Shown here: positions 44,019 to 55,324 of the stretch, piece after piece | How positions within the stretch are numbered: position 1 is the first letter of the stretch | How the letters are laid out: each line of letters begins with the position of its first letter | Source of the DNA: Eledone cirrhosa | Taxonomy: Eukaryota | Assembly (NCBI GenBank): GCA_964016885.1 | Contig: OZ024745.1 | Span: 19,778,001 to 19,842,000, forward strand | DNA length: 64,000 nucleotides | Direction: 5' to 3' | The notes under the pieces: generated by a model | Database searches by the model: none | What the model saw: only the letters and a program-made list of their open reading frames with translations | What the model was told of the DNA's origin: nothing | Made by a program: the position numbers and the translations under genes

Positions 44019-44225
44019 CAGTATTTACGTATCGAGAGAGAGAAAAAAAAGGGGAGGATAGGTGATACATATAGTTATTTGCCAAGTAGCGTATGCCAAA
44101 GGTGCTCGATACTAGTGCCGGCAGTATTAAATATTCGAAGTGTTAATATTTAGTGGGCTAGAGAACGTGGATTTAACCCCCAAAACTCTTTCCGAGCAAT
44201 GTAAGGAACACTTTTGATTATTTAT

Positions 44226-44265
44226 GCCCTTGAGAAGCCCAACTGGGCGAAACGTACGTAGGTGC
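44226..44265 (+). ncRNA. Putative minimal hammerhead ribozyme, U3-A8 variant (family F)
   Basis: gccc-TTGAGAA-gccc aact gggc-GAAA-cgtacg-TA-ggtgc. Perfect stem II, palindromic stem III, imperfect stem I. Confidence 0.6.
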
Positions 44266-44544
44266 TGTTTTAAATAAACATGTTTTAACGGTCTATTCTC
44301 CGATTTTTTACTTTCCCACGTATATATATATATATTTATATATTTATTAAAATAACAGATTAAAGTTTAAGCAAAGAATAGCTGCTTTCAACCTTAACGG
44401 GATCTTCTGAAACTTTAATCTGTTATTTTAATAAATATTTGGTCTACGGTTTATACATATATTATATATCATATGTATTGTCCTTATCGAGCCCTCTTCG
44501 GATTTTACTCTTCACATTTATTATTATTACTATATATATATATA

Positions 44545-46510
44545 TCATCATCATCATCATCATCATCATCATTTTACGTCCGCTTTTCCCTGCTTGCAAG
44601 GGTGGGACGGGTCTTATTCAGCACAGCATCTCCCCACTCGTCACGGTCCTTCATCATCTCCACCTTGAGCTTCAATGATCTGAGGTCTGTTCTCACCACC
44701 TCCGCCCATGTTTTTCGTGGTCTACCTCTACCATGTCTTCCTTCAACTGGCATTTCCTGGCACTTCTTCACCCATCGGTCATCCTCCATGCACATCACAT
44801 GTCCATACCACCTCAGTCTCCTCTCCCATACACTACATTCTATCCCTCTCAGACACAGTTTCTCTCTCAACGCATTTATGCTGGGTTGTTCACGCACATT
44901 TATACTGCACATCCAACGGAGCATGCTTGCCTCATTTCTCTCCAGCTGTCGCATATCCTCTGCAGTTGCTGCCCATGTCTCACTACCATGCAGCATCGCG
45001 CTCCTCACACAGGCATCATACAACCGGCCTTTCGTACGCAGGGAGAAACCCTTCTTCGTCAACAGAAGAAGCAGCTCCCTAAACTTCTTCCAACCCGTCC
45101 TTATTCTAGATACTATGGCCTCGGAACACCCTCCTCCCATGCTAATCTGATCTCCTAGGTACCGGAAGCTATCCAGCACTTCTATAGCGCCCTCCTGCAT
45201 TTGAAAAATGTGTCTATCGATGCGACTTCTACTGTCTAATTTCCCTGTACATCTACTGCATACATATTTCTCCCTACCTGTTAGTTTGCCTGCTATCCCG
45301 CTACATCTCTTGTGTACCCAGGATCTGCATTGTGTGCATTTTATAGAATTTATGCCAGTTCCTTTTCTGCATATCGAACATGGCCATTTCCCTGACGGAA
45401 TCAGGGTTTTGTCCTCTTTTCTACTCATCAACACTTTTGTCTTAGCTAGGTTCACTCTCAGTCCTCTTGCTTCCAACTGCTGTTTCCATAGCCAGAATTT
45501 ATTCTCTAGCTTCTCTACTGATTCTGCTATAAGAACCAGATCGTCAGTATAGAGAAGTTCCCATGGACAGCCAGTCTTTTTCCAAGCCTTCCATGCTAGT
45601 CTTTTGTCTCTAATGGCCTTATCTACTGTGCTGTTCCACCACCAGGTCACTCTCTGTCTGGTTGGAGCTCTGCTCCAGCCACAAGTTTCATCAGTAGCCT
45701 GCAGCAAGTTGTCATGTAAGAAATTCCAGTTATTATCTATGTCATACGTCTCTAAATTGTCTTCTTTTTCGTCATATACATCTTGAAGGGCTTTCCTAAA
45801 TTTGTATTTTAGTGAAAGGTCTTTTAGCTTCCAGACCTTTCTTCTCCACACCTTCCTATATGTCTCATTCCATCTCTTGCTTACTGAGATATCACTAACG
45901 ACTAACCTATGCTGTGGGTACATTCTTCCCCAGGGTATGCCTTGGTATTAGACACTATCTGCCTGTCCCGCTGCCTAACTAGTAAGAAGTCAATCTGGCT
46001 TATGTGCTCACCAGATTTGTAGGTTATTAGGTGATTGGCAGGTTTCTGGAAGTTTGTGTTGCAAATAGTCAATGTACCTGCATCATAAAATTCAAGAAGT
46101 CTCACTCCTTCTTCATTTCTTGAGCCGTAACCGTGCCCACCATGTACCCCAGTGTAACCATCCTGGAGCTGTCCAACATGACCATTGAAGTCCCCTGCTA
46201 GCATAACGATGTCTCCGTCCTCTGTCATTGCGGTTGTTTGTAAAAGTTGCTCGTAAAAGCAGTCTTTCTCATCTTTGCCTAGGCCTGCTTGGGGAGCATA
46301 GGCCGAGATGATTGTCAGTAGTCTCCTGCCTACAACTAATCTAAGCTTAATTATTCGATTACTAACTCGAACTACCTCTATTGTCTTATTGATCCACTTC
46401 TCAGCCAGGAAAATGCCTACTCCCCCTAACCCATCATCCTTACCTACCCAGAATAGCTTATAGCTAAGACGTTTGCCTACGACTAGTTTCGCAGAGGCAC
46501 CTCTCCATCT
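44545..46510 (-). mobile_element. RTE-clade LINE, 5'-truncated, internally deleted and frameshifted
   Basis: APE motifs GGVGIFL, AGDFNGHVG, RNEEGVRLLEF and QIDFLL; late RT motif LLYTDDLVLI; C-terminal YDACVRSAMLHGSETW and RRLRWYGHV; (GAT)n tail. Confidence 0.95.
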
Positions 46511-46704
46511 GCCTCTGCGAGACTAGTCGTAGGCAAACGTCTTAGCTATAAGCTATTCTGGTAGGTAAGGATATATATATATATAAAAATAAGTAAGCAA
46601 CATTGTTGCTACTTTAAAACAATAGCGTATGGTCTTCAAAATGCTTTTAATTAAGCATACAGTGTATTGCAAAATACAATATATATTCATATATATATAT
46701 ATAT

Positions 46705-46835
46705 ATATATCACAGAAAAAAAGAGAATCAGTGTTGCAACGAATGGAATTTATTGGATATATTACATCGAGGCAAACCTGACTCTGAAAGTTTCAAGATC
46801 CTCAGATACGTCTTGATTCTTTTTTTCTGTGATAT
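46705..46835 (-). mobile_element. Short inverted-repeat element with a minimal hammerhead-like core
   Basis: Arms ATATCACAGAAAAAAAGAGAATCA and TGATTCTTTTTTTCTGTGATAT. The minus strand at 46776-46809 reads CTGAGGA-tctt-GAAA-ctttcagag-TC. Confidence 0.45.
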
Positions 46836-46952
46836 CATACTCTGGTCTATGAGAGCATCGAGTGCTCATACGGCCTACCGCATACGGATGCTTTAAGCAT
46901 CCAACACTAATTATATATATATATGTACATATATACATTTATTTATCATATA

Positions 46953-47280
46953 GCATATGGCTTAGTGGTTAGAGCATTGGCCTTGCAATTGAAAGGTTGT
47001 GAGTTCAATTCTCAGACCGGGTGATGTGTTGTTTCCTTGGGCAAGACACTTTATTTCACATTGCTCCAGTTTACTCAGCTGTAGAAATGAGATGATAGGG
47101 ACTGGGGTCCTTATCATTCCACTGCAAAGTGGTCGTGGAGGTGCCACGGCAAAAAGCACCCAGCACTCACTGTAAATGAGGTTGGTGTTAGGAAGGGCAT
47201 CCAGCTGTAGAAATCAAGCCAGAATCAGTTCCCATCCCACCCTTGCAAGCAGGGAAAAGCGGACGTAAAATGATGATGAT
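46953..47280 (+). mobile_element. tRNA-derived CORE-like SINE with RTE 3' tail
   Basis: TGGCTTAGTGG A box, GTTCAATTC B box, CCTTGGGCAAGACACTT, and tail CCCACCCTTGCAAGCAGGGAAAAGCGGACGTAAAA(TGA)n identical to the RTE 3' end. Confidence 0.9.
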
Positions 47281-47783
47281 ATATATATATTCATATATAT
47301 ATTCACATATATATAGTGATTCATGAACCAGCAGATACATACATTTGTTGTAGATATAGGTGATAGCAGGCGTGCTGCAAGCATCTGGTGCATGGTACAG
47401 TTGCCAGATATTACATCCATATATATATATATATATATATACATATATATAATGTTGTGAAAGATAATTATATTGGGGAAGTAATGTTTTAAATGTTCTA
47501 AGTGTGCCTGTAATTGTGCTAATGGGGAATAATACATACCTCTTACCATTGTTTGCCATTTTTATTCTATTTTCATCTATTTTCATCTATTTATATTTTG
47601 TTATTAGAGACATTTTGATTTTGATTCAAATGAAACAGCAAATTATTTGAATGTTCGTTGATTCTGTTGATAATTTTGGCAATTTGACCTGTGGGTTATC
47701 TATCTTTATCCTAATATATTTTGACACAAAGTCAAAATAAAATCTTTTGGAAAACATCTGCCGCCTGGAAAATAAAAATGTTT

Positions 47784-47983
47784 TGTGAGGGTCGGCTGAA
47801 AACTTTATAGGCTGACTAAAATATTCTCATGGAATGACCAAATGAGGTTTATTTTTCAACATAGCCCCCAGAAAGAAATAATGCAGTTATTAATAAGAGT
47901 TGAAGTTAATGCATGCAAGATTTTGTAACTTTAGCATCATTCCTTCATGGTCAGTATATGATTTTTTTCCGCTTACCTTCGTA
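47784..47983. mobile_element. Mariner-derived MITE, copy 3
   Basis: GAGGGTCGGCTGAAAAC...TACCTTCGTA, with the same internal sequence as the other copies. Confidence 0.85.
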
Positions 47984-48046
47984 TATATAATCATGAGTAC
48001 ATATTAACACACATATTAACACACAAGAACAATACACATATACATA

Positions 48047-48249
48047 TACGAGGGTTGGCTGAAAAGTTCATAGGCTGACCAAGATACTCTCATGGAATAA
48101 CCAAATGAAGTTTATTTTTCAATATAGTCCCTGGAAAGCAACAATGCAGTTACTAATAAAAAAGTATTAAAATTAATACATGCAAGATTTCACAGCTCTA
48201 ACATCACTCCTTTATAGTCAGCCTATGAAGTTTTCAGCCGACCCTCGTA
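48047..48249. mobile_element. Mariner-derived MITE, copy 4 (best preserved)
   Basis: TIRs TACGAGGGTTGGCTGAAAAGTTCATAGGCTGAC and GTCAGCCTATGAAGTTTTCAGCCGACCCTCGTA, with TA ends. Confidence 0.93.
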
Positions 48250-48270
48250 AAGAGGAGATAAATTGGCAAA

Positions 48271-49466
48271 CTCATTAGAATGTTGTACAGAATCCTTTGA
48301 GGTACTCGTTAGAATGTTGTACAGAATCTTTTGAGGTACTCGTTAGAATGTTGTATAGAATCCTTTGAGGTACTCATTAGAATGTTGTACAGAATCTTTT
48401 GAGGTACTTGTTAGAATGTTGTATAGAATCCTTTGAGGTACTCATTAGAATGTTGTACAGAATCCTTTGAGGTACTTGTTAGAATGTTGTACAGAATCCT
48501 TTGAGGTACTCGTTAGAATGTTGTATAGAATCCTTTGAGGTACTCATTAGAATGTTGTATAGAATCCTTTGAGGTACTCGTTAGAATGTTGTATAGAATC
48601 CTTTGAGGTACTCATTAGAATGTTGTACAGAATCCTTTGAGGTACTTGTTAGAATGTTGTATAGAATCCTTTGAGGTACTCGTTAGAATGTTGTATAGAA
48701 TCCTTTGAGGTACTCATTAGAATGTTGTACAGAATCCTTTGAGGTACTTGTTAGAATGTTGTACAGAATCCTTTGAGGTACTCGTTAGAATGTTGTATAG
48801 AATCCTTTGAGGTACTCATTAGAATGTTGTACAGAATCCTTTGAGGTACTCGTTAGAATGTTGTATAGAATCCTTTGAGGTACTCGTTAGAATGTTGTAT
48901 AGAATCCTTTGAGGTACTCATTAGAATGTTGTACAGAATCCTTTCAGGTACTCGTTAGAATGTTGTATAGAATCCTTTGAGGTACTCATTAGAATGTTGG
49001 ACAGAATCCTTTGAGGTACTCGTTAGAATGTTGGACAGAATCCTTTGAGGTACTCGTTAGAATGTTGTACAGAATCCTTTGAGGTACTCGTTAGAATGTT
49101 GTATAGAATCCTTTGAGGTACTTGTTAGAATGTTGTACAGAATCCTTTGAGGTACTCGTTAGAATGTTGTATAGAATCCTTTGAGGTACTCATTAGAATG
49201 TTGTACAGAATCCTTTGAGGTACTCGTTAGAATGTTGTATAGAATCCTTTGAGGTACTCATTAGAATGTTGGACAGAATCCTTTGAGGTACTCGTTAGAA
49301 TGTTGGACAGAATCCTTTGAGGTACTCGTTAGAATGTTGGACAGAATCCTTTGAGGTACTTGTTAGAATGTTGTACAGAATCCTTTGAGGTACTCATTAG
49401 AATGTTGTATAGAATCCTTTGAGGTACTCATTAGAATGTTGTATAGAATCCTTTGAGGTACTCGTT
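48271..49466 (+). repeat. 34-bp minisatellite (about 35 units) inside the tRNA head of a family-2 SINE
   Basis: Unit CTC(A/G)TTAGAATGTTGTA(C/T)AGAATCCTTTGAGGTA, preceded by TTGGCAAA and followed by GAGTTCAAATACCGCCGAGGTCAACTTT (to 49516). Confidence 0.92.
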
Positions 49467-49762
49467 TCAGCTCTCTGCACTCCCTGCAGAGTTCAAATAC
49501 CGCCGAGGTCAACTTTGAAATAGCAAAATTAATACTTCATCTTCAATGGAGGGATAACTCAAGAAGAAGAATATTTAAAAGATGTAGATCCAAACCATTT
49601 GTGTTTGTGTGATAAATAGACAATTGGCTGATCTTATCTGATTATTATAGGTTATCAGCAGAATTGATCTATTTTCAGTATATCTGGCACCTAATCCTAA
49701 CAGTAAGGTTATGACAGGACAATATTCTGCTGCTCAACTGAACTGACCAAAATATCTCTAGC

Positions 49763-52730
49763 ATATCTAAACTGGTACCCTATAGGTTGCTAGTCCAGTA
49801 CATTACCAACCTTACCAATATCTAAACTGGTACCTTATATGTTCCTAGTCTAGTACATTACCAACCATACCAATATCTAAACTGGTACCCTATAAATTGC
49901 TAGTCTAGTATATTACCAACCTTACCAATATTTAAACTGGTACCTTATATGTTCCTAGTCTAGTACATTACCAACCTTACCAATATCTAAACTGGTACCC
50001 TATAAGTTCGTAGTCTAGTACATTACCAACCTTACCAATATCTAAACTGGTACCCTATAAGTTCATAGTCTAGTACATTACCAACCTTACCAATATTTAA
50101 ACTGGTACCTTATATGTTCCTAGTCTAGTACATTACCAACCTTACCAATATCTAAACTGGTACCCTATAAGTTGCTAGTCTAGTACATTACCAACCTTAC
50201 CAATATCTAAACTGGTACCCTATAAGTTGCTAGTCTAGTACATTACCAACCTTACCAATATCTAAACTGGTACCCTATAAGTTCGTAGTCTAGTACATTA
50301 CCAACCATACCAATATCTAAACTGGTACCCTATAAGTTGCTAGTCTAGTACATTACCAACCTTACCAATATTTAAACTGGTATCCTATAAATTTGTAGTC
50401 TAGTACATTACTGACCTTACCAATATCTAAACTGGTACCCTATAAGTTTGTAGTCTAGTACATTACCAACCTTACCAATATCTAAATTGGTACCCTATAA
50501 GTTCGTAGTCTAGTATATTACCAACCTTACCAATATCTAAACTGGTACCCTATAAGTTTGTAGTCTAGTATATTACCAACCTTACCAATATCTAAACTGG
50601 TACCCTATAAGTTTGTAGTCTAGTACATTACCAACCTTACCAATATCTAAACTGGTACCCTATAAGTTCGTAGTCTAGTATATTACCAACCTTACCAATA
50701 TCTAAACTGGTACCCTATAAGTTTGTAGTTTAGTACATTACCAACCTTACCAATATCTAAACTGGTACCCTATAAGTTGCTAGTCTAGTATATTACCAAC
50801 CTTACCAATATCTAAACTGGTACCCTATAAGTTGCTAGTCTAGTACATTACCAACCTTACCAATATCTAAACTGGTACCCTATAAGTTTGTAGTCTAGTA
50901 TATTACCAACCATACCCATATCTAAACTGGTACCCTATATGTTCCTAGTCTAGTACATTACCAACCTTACCAATATCTAAACTGGTACCCTATAAGTTGA
51001 TAGTCTAGTACATTACCAACCTTACCAATATCTAAACTGGTACCCTATAAGTTGCTAGTCTAGTATATTACCAACCATACCCATATCTAAACTGGTACCC
51101 TATATGTTCCTAGTCTAGTACATTACCAACGTTACCAATATCTAAACTGGTACCCTATAAGTTGCTAGTCTAGTACATTACCAACCTTACCAATATCTAA
51201 ACTGGTACCCTATAAGTTCGTAGTCTAGTACATTACCAACCTTACCAATATCTAAACTGGTACCCTATAAGTTGCTAGTCTAGTACATTACCAACCATAC
51301 CAATATCTAAACTGGTACCCTATAAGTTGCTAGTCTAGTACATTACCAACCTTACCAATATCTAAACTGGTACCCTATAAGTTGCTAGTCTAGTACATTA
51401 CCAACCTTACCAATATCTAAACTGGTACCCTATAAGTTGCTAGTCTAGTGCATTACCAACCTTACCAATATCTAAACTGGTACCCTATAAGTTGCTAGTC
51501 TAGTACATTACCAACCATACCCATATCTAAACTGGTACCCTATAAGTTGCTAGTCTAGTACATTACCAACCTTACCAATATCTAAACTGGTACCCTATAA
51601 GTTGCTAGTCTAGTACATTACCAACCTTACCAATATCTAAACTGGTACCCTATAAGTTGCTAGTCTAGTACATTACCAACCATACCCATATCTAAACTGG
51701 TACCCTATAAGTTGCTAGTCTAGTACATTACCAACCTTACCAATATCTAAACTGGTACCCTATAAGTTGCTAGTCTAGTACATTACCAACCATACCCATA
51801 TCTAAACTGGTACCCTATAAGTTGCTAGTCTAGTACATTACCAACCATACCCATATCTAAACTGGTACCCTATAAGTTGCTAGTCTAGTACATTACCAAC
51901 CATACCCATATCTAAACTGGTATCCTATAAATTTGTAGTCTAGTACATTACCAACCTTACCAATATCTAAACTGGTACCCTATAAGTTGCTAGTCTAGTA
52001 CATTACCAACCTTACCAATATCTAAACTGGTACCCTATAAGTTTGTAGTCTAGTACATTACCAACCTTACCAATATCTAAACTGGTACCCTATAAGTTGC
52101 TAGTCTAGTACATTACCAACCTTACCAATATCTAAACTGGTACCCTATAAGTTTGTAGTCTAGTACATTACCAACCTTACCAATATCTAAACTGGTACCC
52201 TATAAGTTGCTAGTCTAGTACATTACCAACCATACCCATATCTAAACTGGTACCCTATAAGTTGCTAGTCTAGTACATTACCAACCTTACCAATATCTAA
52301 ACTGGTACACTATAAGTTGCTAGTCTAGTACATTACCAACCTTACCAATATCTAAACTGGTACCCTATAAGTTTGTAGTCTAGTACATTACCAACCTTAC
52401 CAATATCTAAACTGGTACCCTATAAGTTTGTAGTCTAGTACATTACCAACCTTACCAATATCTAAACTGGTACCCTATAAGTTCGTAGTCTAGTACATTA
52501 CCAACCTTACCAATATCTAAACTGGTACACTATAAGTTTGTAGTCTAGTACATTACCAACCTTACCAATATCTAAACTGGTACCCTATAAGTTTGTAGTC
52601 TAGTACATTACCAACCTTACCAATATCTAAACTGGTACCCTATAAGCTTGTAGTCTAGTACATTACCAACCTTACCAATATCTAAACTGGTACCCTATAA
52701 GTTCGTAGTCTAGTATATTACCGACCTAAC
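49763..52730. repeat. 55-bp minisatellite TCTAAACTGGTACCCTATAAGTTGCTAGTCTAGTACATTACCAACCTTACCAATA, about 54 units
   Basis: Direct tandem repetition with period 55 (for example 50041 and 50096). Confidence 0.97.
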
Positions 52731-52997
52731 TATTTTACTTCTTCAATAATTCTAATAAGAACTATTTGTTCAAAGATCATTTGATATTGGTCTGAAATTG
52801 GAAACCAACATAATGATTCTTTCCTTGAATGCTGGAATGGTTTATGGCTGATTTTAGAGTCTCTCAGGATATTGACTCGTTAAGAAAGATAAATAGATAT
52901 ACTGAATGAATAAAGACTTTCTTCTTTGATCTTCTTTTTCTTTTTCTTTGGTTTTTATTTTAGGCAAAGCAGACGTAAAAACGATGATGAACATGAT

Positions 52998-53250
52998 AAA
53001 TGTATATATGTGCATATATGAATGTATATATGTATATATGAATGTATGTATACATGTGGATATATGAATGTATGTATATATGTGCATATATGAATGTATA
53101 TATGTGTATATATGAATGTATGTATATATGAATGTATATATGTGCATATATGAATGTATATATGTGTATATATGAATGTATACATATGTATATATGAATG
53201 TGTATATGTGTATATATGAATGTATATATTTGTATATATATACCTGTGTA
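52998..53250. repeat. AT-rich TA/TG-derived minisatellite
   Basis: Repeated ATATGAATGTAT motif; the reverse-complement type occurs at 59800-60460. Confidence 0.85.
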
Positions 53251-53912
53251 CATACGATAATGATGATGATGATGATGAAAGTAAAATAATAGTAAGAAGA
53301 AGATTTATTACTCAATATTATGAAAACTGGTATTACTTCCAAGTTTATCAAAGTTATAAGATGCAGAAGACATCTTGGATTGAGTGAATATTTTTTTAAT
53401 GATTTATAGCTTTTTATTTTTTGTTATTTTATTTATCCTTTATTTTTAGACTTTCTGTTTAAAAAATAAATAAATATCTATTGAAAAAAACCTGCAGCAT
53501 TATCAAAATATCTTTATTTTGTTAGATTTATTTAATTGTTGTAATAATCTATCGATTCTGTTTGATATTTATTAATGATATTTACCATGATAGTAGTAAC
53601 TCTTGTACAGAAGTGGTTGTCTGCAATGGAGATATCCCACACAGATTGTTATTGCAATATATGTTATGTAAGAAACATCATCTTCAAACCATACTGATCC
53701 CTAAACCTGACACTAACCCTAATTTACAACAGTTGACAGAGTATTTACAAGATTAACTTTCAAATGGCATCACATGACCCACTCAGGAATGGGTGGGGGA
53801 GGAGAAGAAGAAGAAGAAGAAGAAGAAGAAGAAGAAGAAGAAGAAGAAGAAGAAGAAGAATTTATTTCCTGTTTAGTAGAGTAACGTAGAGTGTGGGTTA
53901 CCACTTGATGAC

Positions 53913-54280
53913 TACAAGGTCAGCTGAAAAGCTCATAGGGTGACCATGATACTCTCGTGGAATGACCAAATGAGGTTTATTTTTCAACATAGTCCTTGGA
54001 AAGAAGCAATACTGTTATTATTAAGAAGAGTTAGGGCAGGGGATTGGCAGTATCGGTAGAAAGTTGGATGCTATGCTTTGCAGCATAGAGTTACGGCCCT
54101 TTATGGTCTGAATTCAAATCCCGCCGAGATTAACTTTGCCTTTCATCCTTACGGGGTCGATAAAATAAAGTACCAGTAATACACTGGAATAATTGCTGGC
54201 CTTGTGCCAAAAGTAGGAACAATTATTAAGAAGAGTTGAAATTATTGCATGCAAGATTTCTCCTAACTTTACTCCTCTTG
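53913..54280. mobile_element. Mariner-derived MITE, copy 5, interrupted by a SINE
   Basis: Left TIR at 53913. The MITE sequence resumes after 54237 (GAAATTATTGCATGCAAGATTTC); the right TIR is not recognisable. Confidence 0.8.
54033..54221 (+). mobile_element. tRNA-derived SINE, family 2, full length with 16-bp TSD
   Basis: TSD ATTATTAAGAAGAGTT at 54017-54032 and 54222-54237. A box TGGCAGTATCGG, B box TTCAAATCCC. Closely similar to 37280-37468. Confidence 0.93.
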
Positions 54281-54449
54281 ATAAAGGACTATCATCCAAT
54301 ATATTGAGACATTCCTTTTCCTTTTTCAACAAGCATAAAACTAATAATACTTTGTCTAATTCTATCTCTGTTTGTCTTTTTTAATTTTGAATTATATATA
54401 CATATATATATACATGCGTGTGTGTATATCTATATATCTATATATATAT

Positions 54450-54665
54450 ATATTTAATATAGAAAAGACTTCTACAGGACTAGAACTGTTTCATTCGGGA
54501 GAAATCATCAGAGAGAAATCATCATACTTGGGCTTCCTGATGATTTCTCCCGAATGAAACAGTTCTAGTCCTGTAGAAGCCTTTTCTATATTAAATATTT
54601 ATACTCTGCTTTGTATTGAGTACCTTACTTACTGTGGTTACCCCCGATTGAACCCGGGATAAACT
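54450..54665 (+). mobile_element. Palindromic hammerhead element, family A (best preserved)
   Basis: Arms of about 62 bp (54450-54511 and 54537-54598) plus a tail of about 65 bp, between (TA)n tracts. Confidence 0.85.
54531..54581 (+). ncRNA. Putative type I hammerhead ribozyme (family A)
   Basis: ggcttc-CTGATGA-t ttc tccc gaa t-GAAA-cag ttctagtc ctg-TA-gaagcc. 6-bp stem I; predicted cut after A54575. Confidence 0.78.
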
Positions 54666-54682
54666 TATATATATATATATAT

Positions 54683-55324
54683 ATATTGAGCAGAACAAGC
54701 AAAATTCAAACAATTCTTTAAAATAAATTAAAAAATATAATTTAAATATTTACTTACTCCAGTGCTTTTACCGATCGGTTTCGCTTCACAAAACATTAGA
54801 AATCCAAGGGACCTCCAATGGAAAAGTGAAGTTCATCAGAGAGCATTTTCCTTTCCTAGGACAAAAAGTCCCAGGAACGGCAAAATATATTGCCATCTGC
54901 TAGCTAGTACAGGATCGAATGTAACACGTCTATGTTTACTTCCACTTTTGCTACGGACTGGTTCAAGTATAGGTCAAATTTTGGCCTCATTCGATCCTGT
55001 ACTAGCTAGCAGATGGCAATATATTTTGCCGTTCCTGGGACTTTTTGGGAAAGGAAAATGCTCTCTGATGAACTTCACTTTTCCATTGGAGGTCCCTTGG
55101 ATTTCTAATGTTTTGTGAAGCGAAACCGATCGGTAAAAGCACTGGAGTAAGTAAATATTTAAATTATATTTTTTTATTTATTTTAAAGAATTGTTTGAAT
55201 TTTGCTTGTTCTGCTTATCTCAATATTATAGTTCTGGTATGTCAAATTAATACCATTGACCAACCCTGTATCATAGACAACCTATATATTTCCAGGGGTA
55301 CTTAGTACCCGTGGGCATATTAAC

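Noticed and set aside
44365-44415. Hammerhead-like CAGAAGA...GAAA on the minus strand inside an inverted repeat
   Set aside because: Core mismatch at U4 and unconvincing stems.
46953-47035. tRNA gene
   Set aside because: A and B boxes are present, but there is no acceptor-stem pairing and the sequence continues into a SINE body. The same holds for the other SINE heads.
48271-52730. 34-bp and 55-bp arrays as CRISPR arrays
   Set aside because: Units are head-to-tail with no unique spacers, there are no cas genes, and the context is eukaryotic.
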